A stretch of DNA of 64,000 nt from NCBI GenBank assembly GCA_041687695.1, contig JAWLBL010000010.1, positions 192,865-256,864 on the forward strand. The letters are read 5' to 3'. The position numbers were made by a program, and so were the translations under genes. Positions 23,405 to 36,946 of this stretch are shown here, one piece after another; position 1 is the first letter of the stretch, and each line of letters opens with the position of its first letter. The DNA comes from Myxococcota bacterium (lineage in GTDB: Bacteria > Myxococcota_A > UBA9042 > PHBI01 > JAWLBL01). The notes under the pieces are model-generated. The model saw only the letters and a list, made by a program, of their open reading frames with translations, made no database searches and was not told the origin of the DNA.

Positions 23405-24595
23405 ATGAAGCGACTCGCCAAGGACATCGTCATCGTCGCCGCCAAGCGGACCCCCTTCGGGACCTACGGCGGGAGCCTCAAGGATCTGTCCGCGACCGAC
23501 CTGGGCGTCATCGCCTCGAAGGCGGCGCTCGAGCAGGCGGGCGCCCGCCCCGAGGACGTCGACGCGGTCGTCTTCGGCAACGTCGTGCAGACCTCGGGCG
23601 ACGCCATCTACCTGGCCCGCCACATCGGCCTCAAGAGCGGCGTCCCGCAGCACGTCGGCGGCCTCACGGTCAACCGCCTGTGCGGCTCGGGCTTCCAGGC
23701 GGTCGTCAACGCGGCCCAGGAGATCCTGACCGAGCAGGCCGAGACGGTGCTGTGCGGCGGCGCCGAGTCGATGAGCCAGGCCCCGCACGTCATCCGCGGG
23801 GCTCGTTGGGGCCTGCGGCTGGGTCAGGCCCCGATGACCGACTACCTCACGGAGTCGCTGACCGACACCTTCGCCGGGATGCCGATGAGCAGCACGGGCG
23901 AGAAGCTGGCGGCCCAGTACGAGGTCTCGCGCCAGGACTCTGACGTCCTCGCCGCCCTCAGCCAGCAGCGCTTCGCGGCCGCCCAGGCCGAGGGACGCCT
24001 CGCCGACGAGCTGACGTCCGTCACGATCCAGGGCCGCAAGGGCGACGTCGTCGTCGACAAGGACGAGCACAACCGCCCCGAGACGACGGTCGAGATCCTG
24101 GCCAAGCTCCGCCCGGCCTTCGGCAAGGACGGCATCATCACGGCCGGCAACGCCTCGGGCATCAACGACGGCGCGGCCGCCCTGCTGGTCACGACGGCGG
24201 ACAACGCCGCCGCCAAGGGCTGGACGCCGCTGGCGCGCCTGGTCTCGTGGGGGGTCACCGGCTGCGACCCGACCATCATGGGCATCGGCCCGGTCGGCGC
24301 CATCAAGAACGCGCTGAAGATGGCCGACCTGTCACTGGCCGACATGGATCTGGTCGAGGTCAACGAGGCCTTCGCGCCCCAGTACATCGCCGTCGAGCGC
24401 GCCCTCGGGCTCGACCGCGACAAGACGAACGTCAACGGCGGCGCCATCGCGGTCGGCCACCCGCTCGCCGCGTCGGGCGCGCGCATCACGGCGCACCTGA
24501 CCTACGAGCTGCGCCGCCGCGGCGCCCGCCTGGGCGTCGGATCGGCCTGCATCGGCGGCGGCCAGGGCATCGCCCTCGTGCTCGAGGCGGTCTGA
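23405..24595 (+). CDS. Acetyl-CoA acyltransferase (thiolase)
   Basis: AKRTPFG, NRLCGSG, GNASGINDGA, EVNEAF, GHPLAASG, CIGGGQG. Confidence 0.95.
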   Translation: MKRLAKDIVIVAAKRTPFGTYGGSLKDLSATDLGVIASKAALEQAGARPEDVDAVVFGNVVQTSGDAIYLARHIGLKSGVPQHVGGLTVNRLCGSGFQAVVNAAQEILTEQAETVLCGGAESMSQAPHVIRGARWGLRLGQAPMTDYLTESLTDTFAGMPMSSTGEKLAAQYEVSRQDSDVLAALSQQRFAAAQAEGRLADELTSVTIQGRKGDVVVDKDEHNRPETTVEILAKLRPAFGKDGIITAGNASGINDGAAALLVTTADNAAAKGWTPLARLVSWGVTGCDPTIMGIGPVGAIKNALKMADLSLADMDLVEVNEAFAPQYIAVERALGLDRDKTNVNGGAIAVGHPLAASGARITAHLTYELRRRGARLGVGSACIGGGQGIALVLEAV

Positions 24596-24598
24596 GCC

Positions 24599-25882
<1,284 letters not shown>

Positions 25883-25909
25883 CCTCGCGTCCAGGTCTAC
25901 GCGCCCACC

Positions 25910-25954
25910 GAGCCGGCCGCCGAAGCTCACCCCTTCGGCGGCCGGCTCTCTTTC
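25910..25954 (+). terminator. 16-bp perfect hairpin between convergent leuA-like and hisIE genes
   Basis: GAGCCGGCCGCCGAAG (25910-25925) / CTTCGGCGGCCGGCTC (25933-25948), followed by TCTTTC. Confidence 0.65.
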
Positions 25955-26592
25955 TCGGTGATCCCGCTCAGGCCGAACCGGCCCGCCAGCTCGGCCGCCA
26001 CGTCGCGCCAGCTCAGGCCTCGCGCCGTCAGCCCGACCATGACGTGGTAGACCAGATCCGCCGCCTCGTGGACGACCTGCGCGTCGCCCTCGCCCTCCAG
26101 CGCGTCCACCAGCTCGCCGGCCTCCTCGCGCACCTTCTCGCCGATCTTGCCGACGCCCCGGTGCAGCAGGCGCGCCGTCCAGCTCTCCGACGGGTCCGCC
26201 CCGCGCCGCGCCTCGATGGTCGCCCCCAGCCGCCCCAGCACCGTCTCGGGGTCCACCAGCGGCTCGCGGTCCGCGCCCTCGACGTCCTGGAAGAAGCAGC
26301 TCTCGCGCCCGGTGTGACAGGCGACCCCGCCCTCCTGCGCGATGCGCAGCAGCACCGCGTCACGGTCGCAGTCCAAGCGCACGTCCAGCACGCGCTGCAG
26401 GTGCCCGCTGGTCTCGCCCTTTTTCCAAAGGCTCTGGCGCGACCGACTGTAGTAGTGCGCGTAGCCGGTCTCCAGCGTCCGCTCCAGCGCCTCGGCGTTC
26501 ATCCACGCCAGCATCAGCACGCGCCCGGTCGCCTCGTCCTGCGCCACCGCGGCCACCAGCCCGTCCGGGCCCCACTTCATCTCCGGCGCCAT
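25927..26592 (-). CDS. hisIE: Bifunctional phosphoribosyl-AMP cyclohydrolase / phosphoribosyl-ATP pyrophosphatase
   Basis: [57 protein letters not shown]. Confidence 0.95.
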   Translation of the reverse strand: MAPEMKWGPDGLVAAVAQDEATGRVLMLAWMNAEALERTLETGYAHYYSRSRQSLWKKGETSGHLQRVLDVRLDCDRDAVLLRIAQEGGVACHTGRESCFFQDVEGADREPLVDPETVLGRLGATIEARRGADPSESWTARLLHRGVGKIGEKVREEAGELVDALEGEGDAQVVHEAADLVYHVMVGLTARGLSWRDVAAELAGRFGLSGITEKESRPPKG

Positions 26593-27407
26593 CAACTCGT
26601 CCCCTCGTCCGCTTCGTCCGTTCCGTCCGACCCGTCCGCCCCCACCGGCGGCCGCACCACGACCCGGCGCGCCCGCAGAAAGGCCCGCGCCTCGTCCAGC
26701 GAATGCTGCCGAAAGTGGAAGATGCTGGCCGCCAGCACCGCGTCGGCCCCTCCCTCCGTCAGCCCTTCGTGCAGGTGCTCGAGGGTCCCGACCCCGCCCG
26801 AGGCGACGACCGGGATCCCGACCGCGTCCGCGACGGCACGCGTCAGCGCGAGGTCGTAGCCCTGCCCCGTCCCGTCGCGGTCCATGCTGGTCAGCAGGAT
26901 CTCGCCCGCCCCGCGCCGCTCCACCTCGCGCGCCCAGTCCACCACGTCGCGCCCCGTCGGCGTCCGCCCGCCGTGGATGGTCACCTCGTACCCGGGCCCG
27001 TCCGCCCGTCGCCGCGCGTCGATCGCCACCACGATGGCCTGCGACCCGACCGCCCGCGCCGCGCGGTCGATCAGCTCGGGGTCCTGCACGGCCGCCGTGT
27101 TGATGGAGACCTTGTCGGCCCCGGCGTTCAGCAGCGCCCTCACGTCCGCCACCTCGCGCACGCCGCCGCCCACCGTCAGCGGCAGGAACGTCTGGTCCGC
27201 GGTCCGCGCGACGACGTCGAGCAGCGTCTTGCGTTTGTCCGAACTGGCCGTGATGTCGAGGAAGCAGATCTCGTCGGCCCCCTCGGCGTCGTAGCGCGCG
27301 GCGGCCTCGACCGGGTCGCCCGCGTCGCGCAGCCCCACGAAGTTCACGCCCTTGACGACGCGGCCGTCCTTGACGTCCAGACACACGATGATGCGCTTGG
27401 CCAACAT
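26592..27407 (-). CDS. hisF: Imidazole glycerol phosphate synthase subunit HisF
   Basis: [59 protein letters not shown]. Confidence 0.97.
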   Translation of the reverse strand: MLAKRIIVCLDVKDGRVVKGVNFVGLRDAGDPVEAAARYDAEGADEICFLDITASSDKRKTLLDVVARTADQTFLPLTVGGGVREVADVRALLNAGADKVSINTAAVQDPELIDRAARAVGSQAIVVAIDARRRADGPGYEVTIHGGRTPTGRDVVDWAREVERRGAGEILLTSMDRDGTGQGYDLALTRAVADAVGIPVVASGGVGTLEHLHEGLTEGGADAVLAASIFHFRQHSLDEARAFLRARRVVVRPPVGADGSDGTDEADEGTS

Positions 27408-27435
27408 GCGCGCTCAGCCTCCGGCGCCCCACGAG

Positions 27436-27599
27436 GAGGCTGTAGTGAATGATGGGGTTTGTCGGATCCGAGCCGAGGTCGGAGCAGATCCGGTTCCGGG
27501 AGACCGAGGTGAACCGGTGGGTTCGCCGCAGCGTCTCCCGGGGCCGGAGATGCCCGAGATCGGCCGGAGCCGGCGAATCAGCTCGTTCACTACAGCCTC
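27436..27599. mobile_element. MITE-like 164-bp element forming a long imperfect hairpin
   Basis: 14-bp perfect TIR GAGGCTGTAGTGAA / TTCACTACAGCCTC flanked on both sides by CGAG (27432-27435, 27600-27603); interior self-complementary; no coding capacity. Confidence 0.65.
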
Positions 27600-27611
27600 C
27601 GAGGCGCGTCC

Positions 27612-27641
27612 TTGACCTCGCGCGCGACGCTAGCATAGGTT
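27612..27641 (+). promoter_or_regulatory. Putative promoter of the lysS-lol-bam cluster
   Basis: TTGACC-N18-TAGGTT. Confidence 0.4.
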
Positions 27642-27761
27642 CCCAGCCCCGGTCTTGGCTGCAGCGCAGCACGCTCAACCTGGCCCGCCCGGCCCACCGC
27701 CGGCGCGCCCGCGCCCCACGCGCTCGGCCGCGCCCCTGTCGTCCCCGTCTGGGAGCCCGTC

Positions 27762-29288
27762 GTGGAAGAGATCAACCGCGTGATGCAGGACCGCCTGCGC
27801 AAGCTCGAGGCCCTGCGAGACACGGGCGTCAACCCGTACGCGAACGACTTTCAGCCGTCCACCACCTGCGCCGAGGCGCTCGCCGCCGGCGAGGCCTCCC
27901 CGCCCCCGGACATGAACGAGGTCGCCGACGACGCGCCCGGCCTCGCCCTCGCCGGCCGCGTGATGTTCAAGAACGTCATGGGCAAGGCCCTGTTCCTGCG
28001 CATCAAGGACCGCTCGGTCGGCCTGCACCCCGAGAGCGCGCAGACGGTGCAGGTCTACGTCCGCAAGGACCGCGTCGGCGACGAGACCTTCGACCTCGTC
28101 AAGGGCCTCGACATCGGCGACATCGCCGGCTTCGAGGGGCCGCTCTTCAAGACGCGCACCGGCGAGACGACGCTCCTCGCCCGCTCGGCGCGCCTGCTGA
28201 CCAAGTCACTCCGCCCGCTGCCCGACAAGTTCCACGGCCTCGCCGACGTCGAGACCCGCTATCGCCAGCGCTACGTCGACCTGACCATGAACCCCGAGGT
28301 GCGCCACGTCTTTCGGCAGCGCGCCCTCATCGTGCAGCACATCCGCGAGTTCCTGACCCAGCGCGACTACGTCGAGGTCGAGACCCCGCTGATGCAGCCC
28401 ATCCCGGGCGGCGCCACCGCCAAGCCCTTCGAGACCTGGCACAACGCCCTGTCGATGCCGCTGTACCTGCGCATCGCGCCCGAGCTGTACTTGAAGCGCT
28501 TGCTCGTGGGCGGGCTCGAGCGCGTCTTCGAGATCGGCCGCAACTTCCGCAACGAGGGGTTGAGCCCCAAGCACAACCCCGAGTTCACGATGATCGAGTT
28601 CTACCAGGCCTACGCGACCTTCGCGGACCTGGTCGACCTCACCGAGGAGATGCTCGCGACGCTGGCCGAGCGCTTGAACCGGAATGAGGGCAAGGAGGGG
28701 GCCGTTCGCCCGTTCGGTGAGCACCTGGTCGACTACGCGCGCCCCTGGCGGCGCTTCACCGTGCGAGAGGCGTTGACCGCGGTCGCCGACATCCCGGCCG
28801 ACCAGACCGGCGACAAGGACGCGCTGGTGGCCGCCCTCGAGGCGCGCGGCGTCGAGGGCGACTGGACGCTGTCCTACGGCCACGTCCTGATGCACGCCTT
28901 CGAGCAGCTCGTCGAGCACCAGCTCATCCAGCCGACCTTCATCACCGACTTCCCCATCGAGATGTCGCCGCTGGCCCGCCCCCGCGAGAGCGACCCCGCG
29001 TTCACCGACCGCTTCGAGCTGTTCATCGCGGGCTCCGAGATCGCCAACGCCTTCTCCGAGCTGAACGACCCCATCGACCAGCGCCAACGCTTCGAGGCGC
29101 AGGTCTCGGCGCGCGACAAGGGCGACGAGGAGGCCATGTTCATGGACCTCGACTACGTCCGCGCCCTCGAATACGGCATGCCCCCCGCCGCCGGCGAGGG
29201 CATCGGGATCGACCGCCTCGTCATGCTGATGACCAACCAGCAGACCATCCGAGAGGTCATCTTCTTCCCGCACATGCGCCCCGAATAG
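27762..29288 (+). CDS. lysS: Lysine--tRNA ligase (class II)
   Basis: [67 protein letters not shown]. Confidence 0.98.
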   Translation: MEEINRVMQDRLRKLEALRDTGVNPYANDFQPSTTCAEALAAGEASPPPDMNEVADDAPGLALAGRVMFKNVMGKALFLRIKDRSVGLHPESAQTVQVYVRKDRVGDETFDLVKGLDIGDIAGFEGPLFKTRTGETTLLARSARLLTKSLRPLPDKFHGLADVETRYRQRYVDLTMNPEVRHVFRQRALIVQHIREFLTQRDYVEVETPLMQPIPGGATAKPFETWHNALSMPLYLRIAPELYLKRLLVGGLERVFEIGRNFRNEGLSPKHNPEFTMIEFYQAYATFADLVDLTEEMLATLAERLNRNEGKEGAVRPFGEHLVDYARPWRRFTVREALTAVADIPADQTGDKDALVAALEARGVEGDWTLSYGHVLMHAFEQLVEHQLIQPTFITDFPIEMSPLARPRESDPAFTDRFELFIAGSEIANAFSELNDPIDQRQRFEAQVSARDKGDEEAMFMDLDYVRALEYGMPPAAGEGIGIDRLVMLMTNQQTIREVIFFPHMRPE

Positions 29289-29316
29289 GGCCCTTCCGCC
29301 AGGCCACGGACCGCCG

Positions 29317-31144
29317 TTGAACCGCTTCGTCCTCTTCGTCGTCCTGCTCGCGGCCATCATCACGGCCGCCACGGGCGTGCTGTCGCACGCCGACGCGGAC
29401 ACGCGCTACTACACCGGTTCGGCCGCGGTCCTGCTGGCGATCGTGGTCCTCGTCGTCCTGGTCTCGGCCCTCTTCGCCTTCGTCTACCTCATGCTGCTGG
29501 GCGTCTACGGCGCCGGCTTCATCCAGAACCGCTTCCCGCTCTTCGTCGGGTGGAACCTGCTGCGCAGCCACCGCGTCAGGCGCACCTTCGGCACCTGGCT
29601 GCGCCACCAATGGCGCAGCCTGCGGACGGCCCTGCGGCCTCGCCGCGTGGTCACGCTGCTGCTCGGGCTCGGCCTCGTCGGCGCCGGCCTGCTCGTGGGC
29701 GACCTCCTCGTCTGGAACGCCATCTCCGCCGAGCTGAGCCCCGCCTTCGCGCGCACCCTGCAGATCTCGCTCTTCGTCGTCGGCGGCCTCGTCGCGCTCT
29801 ACAGCCTCCCCAGCGCCCTCGCCTACCGCCGCCCGTGGCAGACCGCCGATCACACGCGCGCCCGCACCGCCGTCACCCTGCCGACCTTCATCAGCATCAT
29901 CGGCGTGTCCGTCGGCGTGTGGGCGCTCATCGTCGTGCTCAGCGTCATGCACGGCTTCGCCAGCGATCTCCGCTCCAAGATCCTCCGCACCAACGCCCAC
30001 ATCGTCATCGAGCCCAAGGCCGCCTCCGGCATCCTGGGCGAGGCCCTGCTCCTCGAGGACGCCGTCCGCGCGCGCGCCAACGTCGCCGAAGCCCACGCCT
30101 TCGCCGAGGGCGAGGTCATGATGTCCTCGTCGACCAACATCGCCGTGAACGTCGTCGTCAAGGGGCTCGGCGACGACGCCCTGCGCGACAGCGCGCAGCT
30201 CGAGGGCTTCGTCGGCCCCGGCAGCGTCGAGTGGCTCATCCGCCCCGAGGCCCTGGTCAGCGACCGCTATCGCTACCCCATCGGCCCCGGCGGCTTCGAT
30301 CTCGACCCGTTCGGCCCGTCGCGCCGCCCCGACGTCCGCGAACGCATCGTCGAGGTGATGCCCGGCATCCTGCTCGGCAGCGAGCTCGCCAGCAGCCTGC
30401 ACGTCGACGTCGGCTCCGAGATCCAGGTCATCTCGCCCGACGGCGACGTCGGCCCCACCGGCCTGCGCCCCAAGCTCAAGTCGTTTCGCGTCGCCGGGAT
30501 CTTCACGACCGGCATGTACGAGTACGACCAGAAGCTCGCCTACATGACCCTCGACGAGGCCCAGCGCTTCTTCAACCTCGGCCCCGACATGAACCGCCTC
30601 GAGGTCCGCCTGGCCCAGGCCGACCGCACCGCAGAAGTGCTCGCCAGCGTCCGCGCCCTGCTCGGCCGCGACTTCCCCGACCTGCGCGCCACCGAGTGGC
30701 AGGAGCGCAACCGCAGCCTGTTCTCCGCGCTGCAGCTCGAGCGCATCGCCATGTTCATCGTCCTGGGCTTCATCATCCTGGTCGCGAGCCTGCTCATCGT
30801 CAGCTCGCTCGTGATGATCATCGTCGAAAAGGCCAAGGAGATTGCCGTCTTGAAGGCCCTCGGCGCCTCCAACCGCGCCATCGTCACGACCTTCCTGGTC
30901 ATCGGCGGCGTCATCGGCGTCATCGGCACGGTCTCGGGCGTGACGCTGGGCGTGGGCACCTGCCTCATCATCCAGAAGGTCGGCATTCCGCTCCCGAAGG
31001 AGTATTACATCCCGAACATCCCGGTCGAACTCGATCCGCTGGAGGTGACCACGGTGGCTTTGGCCGCCTTCGCGATCTGCCTCCTCGCCACCGTCTACCC
31101 CTCGTTCGCAGCGAGTCGGATGCGCCCCGTCGAAGGATTGCGCC

Positions 31145-31152
<8 letters not shown>
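29317..31152 (+). CDS. Lipoprotein-releasing ABC permease LolC/E family, with extra N-terminal TM segments
   Basis: TFISIIGVSVGVWALIVVLSVMHGF, AGIFTTGMYEYD, SLFSALQLER, EKAKEIAVLKALGA; adjacent to lolD. Confidence 0.9.
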
Positions 31153-31917
<765 letters not shown>

Positions 31918-31921
<4 letters not shown>

Positions 31922-34371
31922 ACCGGCTGCGTACACGTCTCGCTGCGTCGCTGCCCGGCCATCCGTCCAAGTTGGCCCGGGTGCTCCTCGGCCTCGCGGT
32001 CGCCCTGCTGGCCGCCGGCCCGCTGACCGCTGGCGACGCGGCGGCCCAGCTGCCCCCCGACGAGACGCTCGAGCCGGCCGAGCCGCCCGTCCCAGACGAC
32101 GACGTCGACGACATCGACGACGCCGACGAGGTGGTGGACCCGGCCGTCTCGCCCATCGTCCGCGGCATCGAGATCCAGGGCCTGCAGCGCGTCGACCGCG
32201 CCAGCGTGCGCAGCAAGGTCTACACGCAGATCGGACGCCCGCTGAACCGCGCCCGCCTCAGCGAGGACTTGAAGCGCGTCTACCGGATGAACTTCTTCGA
32301 CGACGTGCAGGCCGCCGTGCGCCCGCACCCCGACGGGGGCGTCGTCCTGGTCTTCCGGGTCGACGAGCGCCCCACCATCGTCGACATCCGCTACCGCATC
32401 ACCGGCGACGCCCTCGACCTCGAGGCCATCCAGAAGGTCGTCGACCTGCGCCGCTTCTCGATCCTCGACGAGGCGGGCGTCCGCTTCAACCTCGACAAGA
32501 TCGAGGAGCTCTTCGTCGAGGAGGGCCACTTCCTGGTCGAGAGCTCGTACACGCTCACGCCAGCGCCGAACAACGGCGTCATCGTGACGCTCATCGTCGA
32601 CGAGGGCCGCAAGGTCGAGGTGCGCGAGGTCAACATCGTCGGCAACCAGGACCTGTCGACCGAAGAGATCAAGGGCGTGATGGCCACCCGCGAGGGCGGC
32701 TTCTTCTCGTTTCTGACCCAGAGCGGCGCCTTCAAGCGCGAGTTCTTCGCGCAGGACATCCAGCGCATCCAGCTCCTGTACCTGACCCGCGGCTACGTTC
32801 AGGTCAGCATCGCCGACCCGGTCGTGACCCTGTCGCCCGCGCGCGACGCGATGAGCATCACCATCCGCGTCCAGGAGGGACCCAAGTACACGGTGAGCGC
32901 CGTGGACATGCGCCTGGTCGAAGAGGGGCAGTGGCTCGTGCCGAAAGAGCGCCTGATGCGGCTGCTCGAGCTGCGCCCGGGCGAGACCTTCAGCTACACC
33001 GAGATGCAGGCCGACATCCAGCGGGTCGGCGACGCCTTCCGCGACAAGGGCTTCGCCAACACCACGGTGACGACCGAGCACAACCTGGACCCCGACGCGC
33101 GCACCATCGCGCTGACCTACAAGATCCAGGTGGGCGAGCCGGTCTACTTCCGGCGCATCATCATCCACGGCAACCGCAACACGCAGGACGAGGTGATCCG
33201 CCGCGAGCTGCGCATCGCCGAGGGCGAGCTGTACAGCGCCTCGGCCCTGCGCCAGTCCCGCCAGCGCGTGGGCGTGCTGGGCTTCTTCGAGACGGTCGAG
33301 ATCGACCCCAAGCCCACCGACGAGCCCGACAAGATGGACGTGCAGGTCTTCGTCCGCGAGAAGCAGACGGGCACCTTCCAGGTCGGCGCGGGCTTCTCGA
33401 GCCTCGAGTCGTTCATCCTCACCGCCCAGATCGCCAAGGACAACTTCCTCGGACGCGGCCAGACGCTCTCGGCCCAGCTGACCCTGTCGGGCATCCGGCA
33501 GCTCTACAGCATCAGCTTCTTCGAGCCCTACTTCCTGGACTCACGCTGGACCTTCGCCTTCGACCTCTTCAACTTCCAGGAAGAGTTCGTCGACTTCTCG
33601 CGTCTGCGCACCGGCGGCAACCTCTCCTGGGGCTACCGCTTCACCGACGCGCTGTCGCTCAGCCTGACCTACACGCTCGAGAACGTGGACGCGAACCTGC
33701 GCCGCGCCGAGATCCCCATCGCCTCCCTGCGGCAGTCGGGCCTGACCAGCTCGGGCCGCCTCACGCTGTCGTACGACACGCGCAACAACCGCCTGTTCCC
33801 CAGCGACGGCCAGTTCTCGACCGTCTCCTTCGAGCACGCCGACGACTTCCTGGGCTCCGAGAACCAGTTCAGCCGCTTCATCGGCCGCACCCGCTGGTAC
33901 TTCCCGCTGCCCTACGACTCGGTCTTCAAGGTGAATACCACCGTCGGCTACGTCGTCAGCGGCGACGACCAGAGCATCCCGCTGTTCGAGCGCTTCTTCG
34001 TCGGCGGCATCTACACCATCCGCGGCTTCCAGCGAAACAGCATCGGCCAACGCCTCTTCACGTCCTCCACCCCCGAAGGCGGGCTCAGTGGCATCACCAT
34101 CGGCGGCGACAAGCAGCTCATCTTCAACGCCGAGCTCGAGGTGCCCATCTTCCCCGAGGTCGGCATCCGCGGCGTGCTCTTCTTCGACGCCGGCAACGCC
34201 TGGGGCATCGAGGAGACCCTCGACCCGTTCCAGCTGCGTACCGCCATCGGCTTCGGCTTCCGCTGGCACTCACCCGTGGGTCCCCTCCGCTTCGAGTGGG
34301 GCATCCCGCTCAAGCCCCGTTCGGACGAGGACCCGCTGGTGTTCGAGTTCACCATCGGCAACAGCTTCTGA
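31918..34371 (+). CDS. bamA: Outer membrane protein assembly factor BamA
   Basis: Five POTRA-like units, GNRNTQDEVIRRE, NFLGRGQ, FFEPYF, IRGF, SPVGPLRF, C-terminal F. TTG start overlaps the lolD stop (start uncertain). Confidence 0.95.
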
Positions 34372-34442
34372 CGCTCCCCGTCCGGTGCCTCCGGCCGTGG
34401 GCGCTCGCCCTCGCCCCTGGAATGCCTGCCCCGGCGGCCTGG

Positions 34443-34471
34443 TTGACAGGCCGGCGACGCGGCGCTATTCC
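34443..34471 (+). promoter_or_regulatory. Putative promoter of skp
   Basis: TTGACA-N17-TATTCC. Confidence 0.5.
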
Positions 34472-34504
34472 CCCGTCCCCCTTCCCCCTGCCAGGAGACC
34501 TCCA

Positions 34505-35026
34505 GTGCGCAAAGCCCTGTCCATGACCCTCGTGCTGGCCGTGCTCGCCCTGCTCGTCCCGTCGGCCGCGTCCGCCGCGGAGATGAAGATCGGCGTCATC
34601 GACCTCGAGTACGTCGTCCTGAAGTCCAAGAAGGGCCAGAACATCACCAAGAAGCTCAAGAGCCAGGTGGACAAGGCGCGCAAGGACCTCGAGGCCAAGG
34701 GCAAGGACGCCCTGGTCAAGAAAGAGGCGCTCCAGAAGTCCAGCGAGATGGACTCCGCCGACCGCAAGCGCAAGCTGGCCGTCGACTATCAGAACGCCGT
34801 GGTCGAGTACCAGGAGCTGGCGGTCAAGCACCAGCAGGAGATCGCCGACAAAGAGCGCAAGATGATGGAGCCGCTCTACAAGGATCTCGCCAAGGTCATC
34901 GAGGACTACGCGCAGGCCAACGACTTCGACCTCGTGATGTCCCGCAGCCAGTTCGGCGTGGTCTTCCGCAAGCCGGGCCTCGACATCACCGAGGAGATCA
35001 TCAAGAAGCTCGACGGCGGCAAGTGA
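34505..35026 (+). CDS. skp: OmpH/Skp periplasmic chaperone
   Basis: Signal peptide then KIGVIDLEYVV, coiled-coil body, DITEEIIKKL; follows bamA; AGGAGA RBS before GTG. Confidence 0.88.
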   Translation: MRKALSMTLVLAVLALLVPSAASAAEMKIGVIDLEYVVLKSKKGQNITKKLKSQVDKARKDLEAKGKDALVKKEALQKSSEMDSADRKRKLAVDYQNAVVEYQELAVKHQQEIADKERKMMEPLYKDLAKVIEDYAQANDFDLVMSRSQFGVVFRKPGLDITEEIIKKLDGGK

Positions 35027-35030
35027 GCCG

Positions 35031-36905
35031 ATGAGGCGACGACGAGGCGGCGGGGTCGGTCCGTCACTCGGGCTGGCGCTCGCCTCGCTCGTCACCCGCA
35101 AGGCCAGCGTCGTCGTCGGGGCCTCCCTCGCGGCGCTGCTCGCCCTGCCCGCCTGCGGGACCGATCGGCCCGATCGCCCTCCCGAGCGCCCCCCGCGCCT
35201 TCGCCCCTCGTCTCCTGCCGGGCTGCCGGCGCCTCCCGGCGCGACGGCGACGCCTCCGCCGCGGCCCGCCAGCAGCGGGTTGGTCGCCGGCGCCCCGGTG
35301 GCGGACCCGACGCCGGCGCCCGGTCAGCGTGACCGCGAGCCGAACGACGGCCCCGAGGCGGCCATCCCGTTGGCTCCGGGCCAGCAGGCCGTAGGCTTCC
35401 TCGACCCGCCCGATCCCGACGAGCCGCTCTTCGGCGATCAGGACTGGTACGTCGTCGAGATCCCCGGCGCCCGCGCCCCCGTCGCCTCGCCCGGTTCGGC
35501 CATCGTCCGGGCCGAGCTGACCGGCGCCAGCGACCTGGACGTCGTGCTCGAGTGGATGGACGGCACGGGCGCCAGCCCCCGCGTGCTCGCGCGCGCCGAC
35601 GTCCACGAAAAGCGCCCCGGGCCCGAGCTGCTCCCCGCGCTGCGCATGGTGCCCGGCCGCGCCTACTTCCGCGTCCGCGAGGCCTGGTACAAGGGCCAGC
35701 CGCGCACGGGCAGCGCCCGCCCCTACGGGCTGCGGGTCCTGGTCTCGCCCTGGGAGCCGGGCGTCGAGGCCGAGCCCAACGACGCCGCGGCCACCGCCGG
35801 GACGGTCCCGTGGGGGCGCGCGGCGCAGGGCACGTTCGGGCACGCCCGCGACCTGGACCTGTGGCGGCTCGAGCTCCCCGAGGACGCCGCCGGCAAGCAG
35901 CTGCTCGTCAGCCTGACCGGCGTCGCGGGTGTCGCGCCCGAGTTGACGCTCTCGTGGGGCGACGACGCGCCTCCGGTGCTCGACGGACGGGCCGAGGCGG
36001 GCCACGGCGTGCGCCTGCGTGCCGTCATGGTGCCCGACGGCGCTCGGGCGCTGCTGGTCGCGGCGCAGGCCCGGTCCGGGGCGGCGCCGGCCCTGGCCTA
36101 CACCCTGCGGGCCGAGCTCGAGGCGCCGGCCGAGGGCGCGCTCGAGCGTGAGCCGAACGACTCGGCCCTCCTGGCGACGCCGCTCACGTTGGGCGGCGGC
36201 GAGGGCGAGGCGCCCGAAGCCGCGATCCTCGGCTTCGTCGACGCCAGCGACGACGTCGACCACTTTCGGCTCGCGCTGGCACGCCCGGCGACGCTCCACG
36301 CGTCCCTGTCACCGCCCCTCGAGGCCGACCTCGAGCTGCTCGTCCTGCCGGTGGGCGGCGACGGGCCACGCTGGCAGGTCGACGAGGGCCGCGCTGGCGC
36401 CGCCGAGCTGGTCCGCGGGCTGGGCCTCGAGGCGGGCGAGTGGGACCTCGTGGTGCGCGGGCGGCGCGGCAGCTTCGACGCGCACCGGCCCTACCGGCTC
36501 GAGGTGTCGCTGGGCGACCCCGAGCGCGAGGAGGCCGAGCCCAACGGCGACCGGCTCGATCTGGGCGTCAAGGCGCTCGGGCCCGCTAGCGGGCACAAAG
36601 GTTGGCTTTTTCCGGCGGGCGACAGAGACTGCTGGAAGGTCGAGAGCCGCGCCACCGGCCAGGACCGGGTCCCCGTGACCCTGGCCATCGAGGCGCCGCC
36701 GGACCTCGCCCTCGCGCTCCACGTCTACGATCCGGACGGTGTCCTCGTGGGCGCGCCCAACGACGTGCCGAAGGTCGTGCCCGGCGCGACCGAGGCGACC
36801 TTCACTTACGCGTTCGGCGCCGGTACCTACACTGTCCGGGTCAGCGCCTCCGAACAAGGCCGCGCCGACCCGCGCGCGCCGTATCACCTCAAGGTGCTCG
36901 ACTGA
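35031..36905 (+). CDS. Lipoprotein with four EPND/PPC-like (pre-peptidase C-terminal) modules
   Basis: Lipobox LPAC, Pro-rich linker, four E.EPN[DG]...G......D.D.[WYF] modules. Confidence 0.75.
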   Translation: MRRRRGGGVGPSLGLALASLVTRKASVVVGASLAALLALPACGTDRPDRPPERPPRLRPSSPAGLPAPPGATATPPPRPASSGLVAGAPVADPTPAPGQRDREPNDGPEAAIPLAPGQQAVGFLDPPDPDEPLFGDQDWYVVEIPGARAPVASPGSAIVRAELTGASDLDVVLEWMDGTGASPRVLARADVHEKRPGPELLPALRMVPGRAYFRVREAWYKGQPRTGSARPYGLRVLVSPWEPGVEAEPNDAAATAGTVPWGRAAQGTFGHARDLDLWRLELPEDAAGKQLLVSLTGVAGVAPELTLSWGDDAPPVLDGRAEAGHGVRLRAVMVPDGARALLVAAQARSGAAPALAYTLRAELEAPAEGALEREPNDSALLATPLTLGGGEGEAPEAAILGFVDASDDVDHFRLALARPATLHASLSPPLEADLELLVLPVGGDGPRWQVDEGRAGAAELVRGLGLEAGEWDLVVRGRRGSFDAHRPYRLEVSLGDPEREEAEPNGDRLDLGVKALGPASGHKGWLFPAGDRDCWKVESRATGQDRVPVTLAIEAPPDLALALHVYDPDGVLVGAPNDVPKVVPGATEATFTYAFGAGTYTVRVSASEQGRADPRAPYHLKVLD

Positions 36906-36946
36906 CCGCGCCGCGGCCGTCGAGCCCGGTGCACCAAGAGACCGCC

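Noticed and set aside
27436..27599. 6S RNA or SRP RNA
   Set aside because: No large central bubble as in 6S and no GNRA-capped SRP domain IV motif; TIR plus flanking duplication fit a MITE better, though an Rfam check is still advised.
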